Shown here one piece after another: positions 61,680-64,000 of a stretch of 64,000 bases of DNA (position 1 is its first letter; the number at the start of each line of letters is the position of its first letter). Source of the DNA: an uncultured Salinisphaerales bacterium (lineage in GTDB: Bacteria > Pseudomonadota > Gammaproteobacteria > Nevskiales > Nevskiaceae); contig CAZHTI010000001.1 in assembly GCA_964535755.1 (NCBI GenBank), positions 20,720 to 84,719 on the forward strand. The letters are read 5' to 3'. The position numbers were made by a program, and so were the translations under genes. The notes beneath the pieces are model-generated. The model was not told where the DNA came from. It saw nothing but the letters and a program-made list of their open reading frames with translations, and did not search any database.

Positions 61680-62048
61680 ATGATCGGCTACGTCACCCTC
61701 GGCACCAACGATATGGCTCGTGCGGCGTCCTTCTACGACGCGCTGTTGGGCGAGTTGGGCGCTAAGCGCTTCATGGAATCTGACCGCTTCGTCGCTTGGG
61801 CAGTGAGCCCCGCGCAGCCCTCCCTAGGCGTCATCAAGCCCTTTGACGGCGCGCCCGCCTCCGTCGGCAACGGCACGATGGTGTCCCTAGCGATGCCCAA
61901 CAAAGCGAAAGTCGACCAGTTGCACGCCAAGGCGATGAGCCTAGGTGCGACGGACGAAGGCGCGCCGGGCGCGCGCAGCCCAAGCTTCTACGGCGCTTAC
62001 TTCCGCGATCTTGACGGCAACAAGCTGTGTGCGTTCTTCATGGGCTAA
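61680..62048 (+). CDS. VOC-family (glyoxalase/bleomycin-resistance fold) protein
   Basis: ATG at 61680. IGYVTLGTNDMARAASFYDALLG ... YGAYFRDLDGNKL typical of VOC proteins. Confidence 0.75.
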   Translation: MIGYVTLGTNDMARAASFYDALLGELGAKRFMESDRFVAWAVSPAQPSLGVIKPFDGAPASVGNGTMVSLAMPNKAKVDQLHAKAMSLGATDEGAPGARSPSFYGAYFRDLDGNKLCAFFMG

Positions 62049-62130
62049 GCCCAGAGTTAGCACCATAATTTTTGGGCCATTGGCGCGGTCAGATCGCCGC
62101 GCCTTTAGCCCCTGCACACAGGTTTATTTC

Positions 62131-62784
62131 ATGAGCATCACCGTTGGGTCGGCCGTCCCTCAGCGCGGCAACGCATTTTCCCGATGGTTAGGTCGCACGG
62201 TGCTCACGCTCCTCGGCTGGAAGCTGCGCGGCGAGATCCCCAACTTGAGTAAGGTGGTGATGATCGGCGCGCCGCATACCACCAATTTTGATGGCGTCAT
62301 CAGCATCGGCACTTTGATCGCGCTGGGCTTGGACGCCCACACGATGATCAAAGACTCCGCGTTTAAGGGCGTTTTAGGGCGGTTTCTGCTCTGGGCGGGT
62401 GCGCTACCCATCAACCGCAACAGCCCCAAGGGCGTGGTGGAGCAGTCCATCGACACCATCACCCGCAGCGAGAAAATGTGGTTGCTGATTGCCCCGGAAG
62501 GCACCCGTAGCGGGCCGGAAACTTTTAAGCGCGGCTTTCACCTCATCGCCCACGGCGCAGGCGTGCCCATCTTCCCCGTCGCCTGCAACTACAAAACCAA
62601 GACGCTCACCTTCGGTGTCCCGCTGACCACCACGGCCGACTACGCAGCCGATTTAGCCCAGATCATTGGCTTTATCGCCGAGCACTGCGAGCCGCGCCAC
62701 CCGACGCGCCTGTCAAAGCCTCTGTGCGAGGCAATGGGCCGCACTTGGACGCCGCCGCCCAGCAAAGCCAAATCCAAGCCTTAG
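62131..62784 (+). CDS. Lysophospholipid (1-acyl-glycerol-3-phosphate-type) acyltransferase
   Basis: ATG at 62131 (M63 of the track ORF). HxxxxD motif APHTTNFDG and IAPEGTRS block. Confidence 0.8.
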   Translation: MSITVGSAVPQRGNAFSRWLGRTVLTLLGWKLRGEIPNLSKVVMIGAPHTTNFDGVISIGTLIALGLDAHTMIKDSAFKGVLGRFLLWAGALPINRNSPKGVVEQSIDTITRSEKMWLLIAPEGTRSGPETFKRGFHLIAHGAGVPIFPVACNYKTKTLTFGVPLTTTADYAADLAQIIGFIAEHCEPRHPTRLSKPLCEAMGRTWTPPPSKAKSKP

Positions 62785-62801
62785 GCGCTGACCGCACAGC
62801 C

Positions 62802-63338
62802 ATGGCACTCAAGGCAACCATTTGCAAGGTCGAGCTCAACATCGCGGATATGGACCGCGGCTACTACGCGGACCACAGCCTCACGCTCGCCCAGCACCCA
62901 TCAGAGACTGACGAGCGTTTGATGGCACGGCTGCTCGCGTTTGCCTTGTTCGCGCATGAGCACCTCGCATTTAGCAAGGGCATGGCCGACCCCGACGAAC
63001 CCGAGCTTTGGCAAAAAGACCTCACCGGTGCCATCGACCTCTGGATTGATCTCGGCCAACCCGACGACAAACGCGTGCTCAAAGCCTGTGGCCGCGCGCG
63101 CCAAGTCGCGGTGGTGAGCTATGCGTCGAGCACCGCCATTTGGTGGGATGGCATCGCATCTAAATTGGAGCGCGCCCGTAATCTGCGCGTCATGCAATTG
63201 GTTTCGGTGGGCGAGCAAGCCCCTGCTGCACTGTTCGCACGCAATATGCAACTGCAATGCAGCATTCAAGACGGCCAGATTTGGCTCTCGGATGGCACCC
63301 GCTCGGCGACGGTGGATTGCCTAGCATTGCGCAGCTAG
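62802..63338 (+). CDS. yaeQ: YaeQ-family protein
   Basis: ATG at 62802 (M27 of the track ORF). MALKATICKVELNIADMDRGYYADHSLTLAQHPSETDERLM is the characteristic YaeQ N-terminus. Confidence 0.85.
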   Translation: MALKATICKVELNIADMDRGYYADHSLTLAQHPSETDERLMARLLAFALFAHEHLAFSKGMADPDEPELWQKDLTGAIDLWIDLGQPDDKRVLKACGRARQVAVVSYASSTAIWWDGIASKLERARNLRVMQLVSVGEQAPAALFARNMQLQCSIQDGQIWLSDGTRSATVDCLALRS

Positions 63339-63527
63339 TGCGGCCTGCATTGTTTCAGGCTTCGGCCTGATTCAAATCAGGCTAACCCCTACAAAAGCCG
63401 CTTGTGCGGACAAGCCTGAGCTCAGAATTTCCGGTTTTCCGCACAACTTTCGGCCAATGCCGCTTAAGTCGGAGGCTTGCCGAGCCGATAGGGCTACTGA
63501 GCCGAGTTTCTCGGGAAGGATGCCCTC

Positions 63528-64000
63528 ATGTTCGACAGCCACGCCAAACCCAATCTTCTGCTGATTGATGATTCCGCAGCGGATCGCCGCCTTTCGCAGC
63601 TGCTGCTGGAGGAATACTTTCAGATCACCCTCGCCTCTGGTCCCAAAGAGGCGCGGCAGATGCTCACCGAGGCCGCCAACGCGCCTGATCTCGTGCTCTG
63701 TGACTACCGCATGCCCGCCGAAGACGGCCTGCAACTCTATGAATCGCTGCGCGGCAATGACCTTGACGAGGCAACCCCATTTGTTTTGATGACCGCCGCA
63801 GGCAGCCCCGCCATCGAGCGGCAAGCACTTGAGGGCCATGTATCGGCGGTGTTTGCCAAGCCCATCGACCCCGAGGTCGTGGTGCCGCACCTATTGCGCT
63901 GTGTCGATGTAGCGCGCGAGCAGCTGCGCCAGCGCGAGGAAATCCGCAAGCAGAATGATGCAATCCATCGCATTGAGGCGGAGTTGCAACGCCAAGCGCA
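63528..64000 (+). CDS. Response regulator receiver protein (3-prime partial, runs off the window)
   Basis: Not in the ORF track (no stop in the window). ATG at 63528 with GGAAGGA upstream. Translation MFDSHAKPNLLLIDDSAADRR...DLVLCDYRMP...VFAKP is a CheY-like receiver, followed by a coiled-coil-like segment. Confidence 0.75.
   Translation, partial: MFDSHAKPNLLLIDDSAADRRLSQLLLEEYFQITLASGPKEARQMLTEAANAPDLVLCDYRMPAEDGLQLYESLRGNDLDEATPFVLMTAAGSPAIERQALEGHVSAVFAKPIDPEVVVPHLLRCVDVAREQLRQREEIRKQNDAIHRIEAELQRQA

Noticed and set aside
63372-63890. 172-aa minus-strand ORF at the window end
   Set aside because: Antisense to a plus-strand open frame that translates as a clean CheY-like receiver with a good RBS.

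Overview
GC-rich bacterial chromosomal window. Gene content and operon order (xseB-ispA-dxs, ribBA-ribH-nusB, scpA-scpB-rluB, aminotransferase-hom-thrC, yciB-yciI-bolA) look like a Burkholderiales-type betaproteobacterium; the taxon is inference only. I support about 60 protein genes and found no rRNA, tRNA, CRISPR array, transposase or integrase. All domain calls come from reading the supplied translations by eye; no HMM or BLAST search was run. Start codons were refined by arithmetic from the ORF track (internal ATG plus visible Shine-Dalgarno where present). Most of the window is housekeeping: pckA, isoprenoid, riboflavin, fumarases, purB, trpS, rimO, recJ, thrC/hom, lapB. Accessory content includes a vapBC toxin-antitoxin pair overlapping dsbB, secreted hydrolases (a GH5 cellulase with CBM2 and two S8 proteases), an MMPL/RND exporter fused to a cyclic-nucleotide-binding domain, and a RibB enzyme apparently fused to a Cro/CI-type HTH. 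There are also three families of short intergenic repeats: a 28-bp palindrome, a TCCCACN heptamer array and a dRS3-like inverted pair. The stand-out is a ~12-kb cluster at 35485-47677. It combines a cytoplasmic FAD oxidoreductase carrying two cNMP domains and four Fe-S motifs, a 5-TM protein with bis-His pairs, an FHA-domain transmembrane decahaem cytochrome c and a second multihaem cytochrome. It also holds a lipoprotein with two GlcG/HbpS-like domains, an outer-membrane-barrel-like protein and two DUF4331-like secreted proteins. I read it as a candidate signal-gated trans-envelope electron-transfer or redox-sensing system, and I do not recognise it as described.
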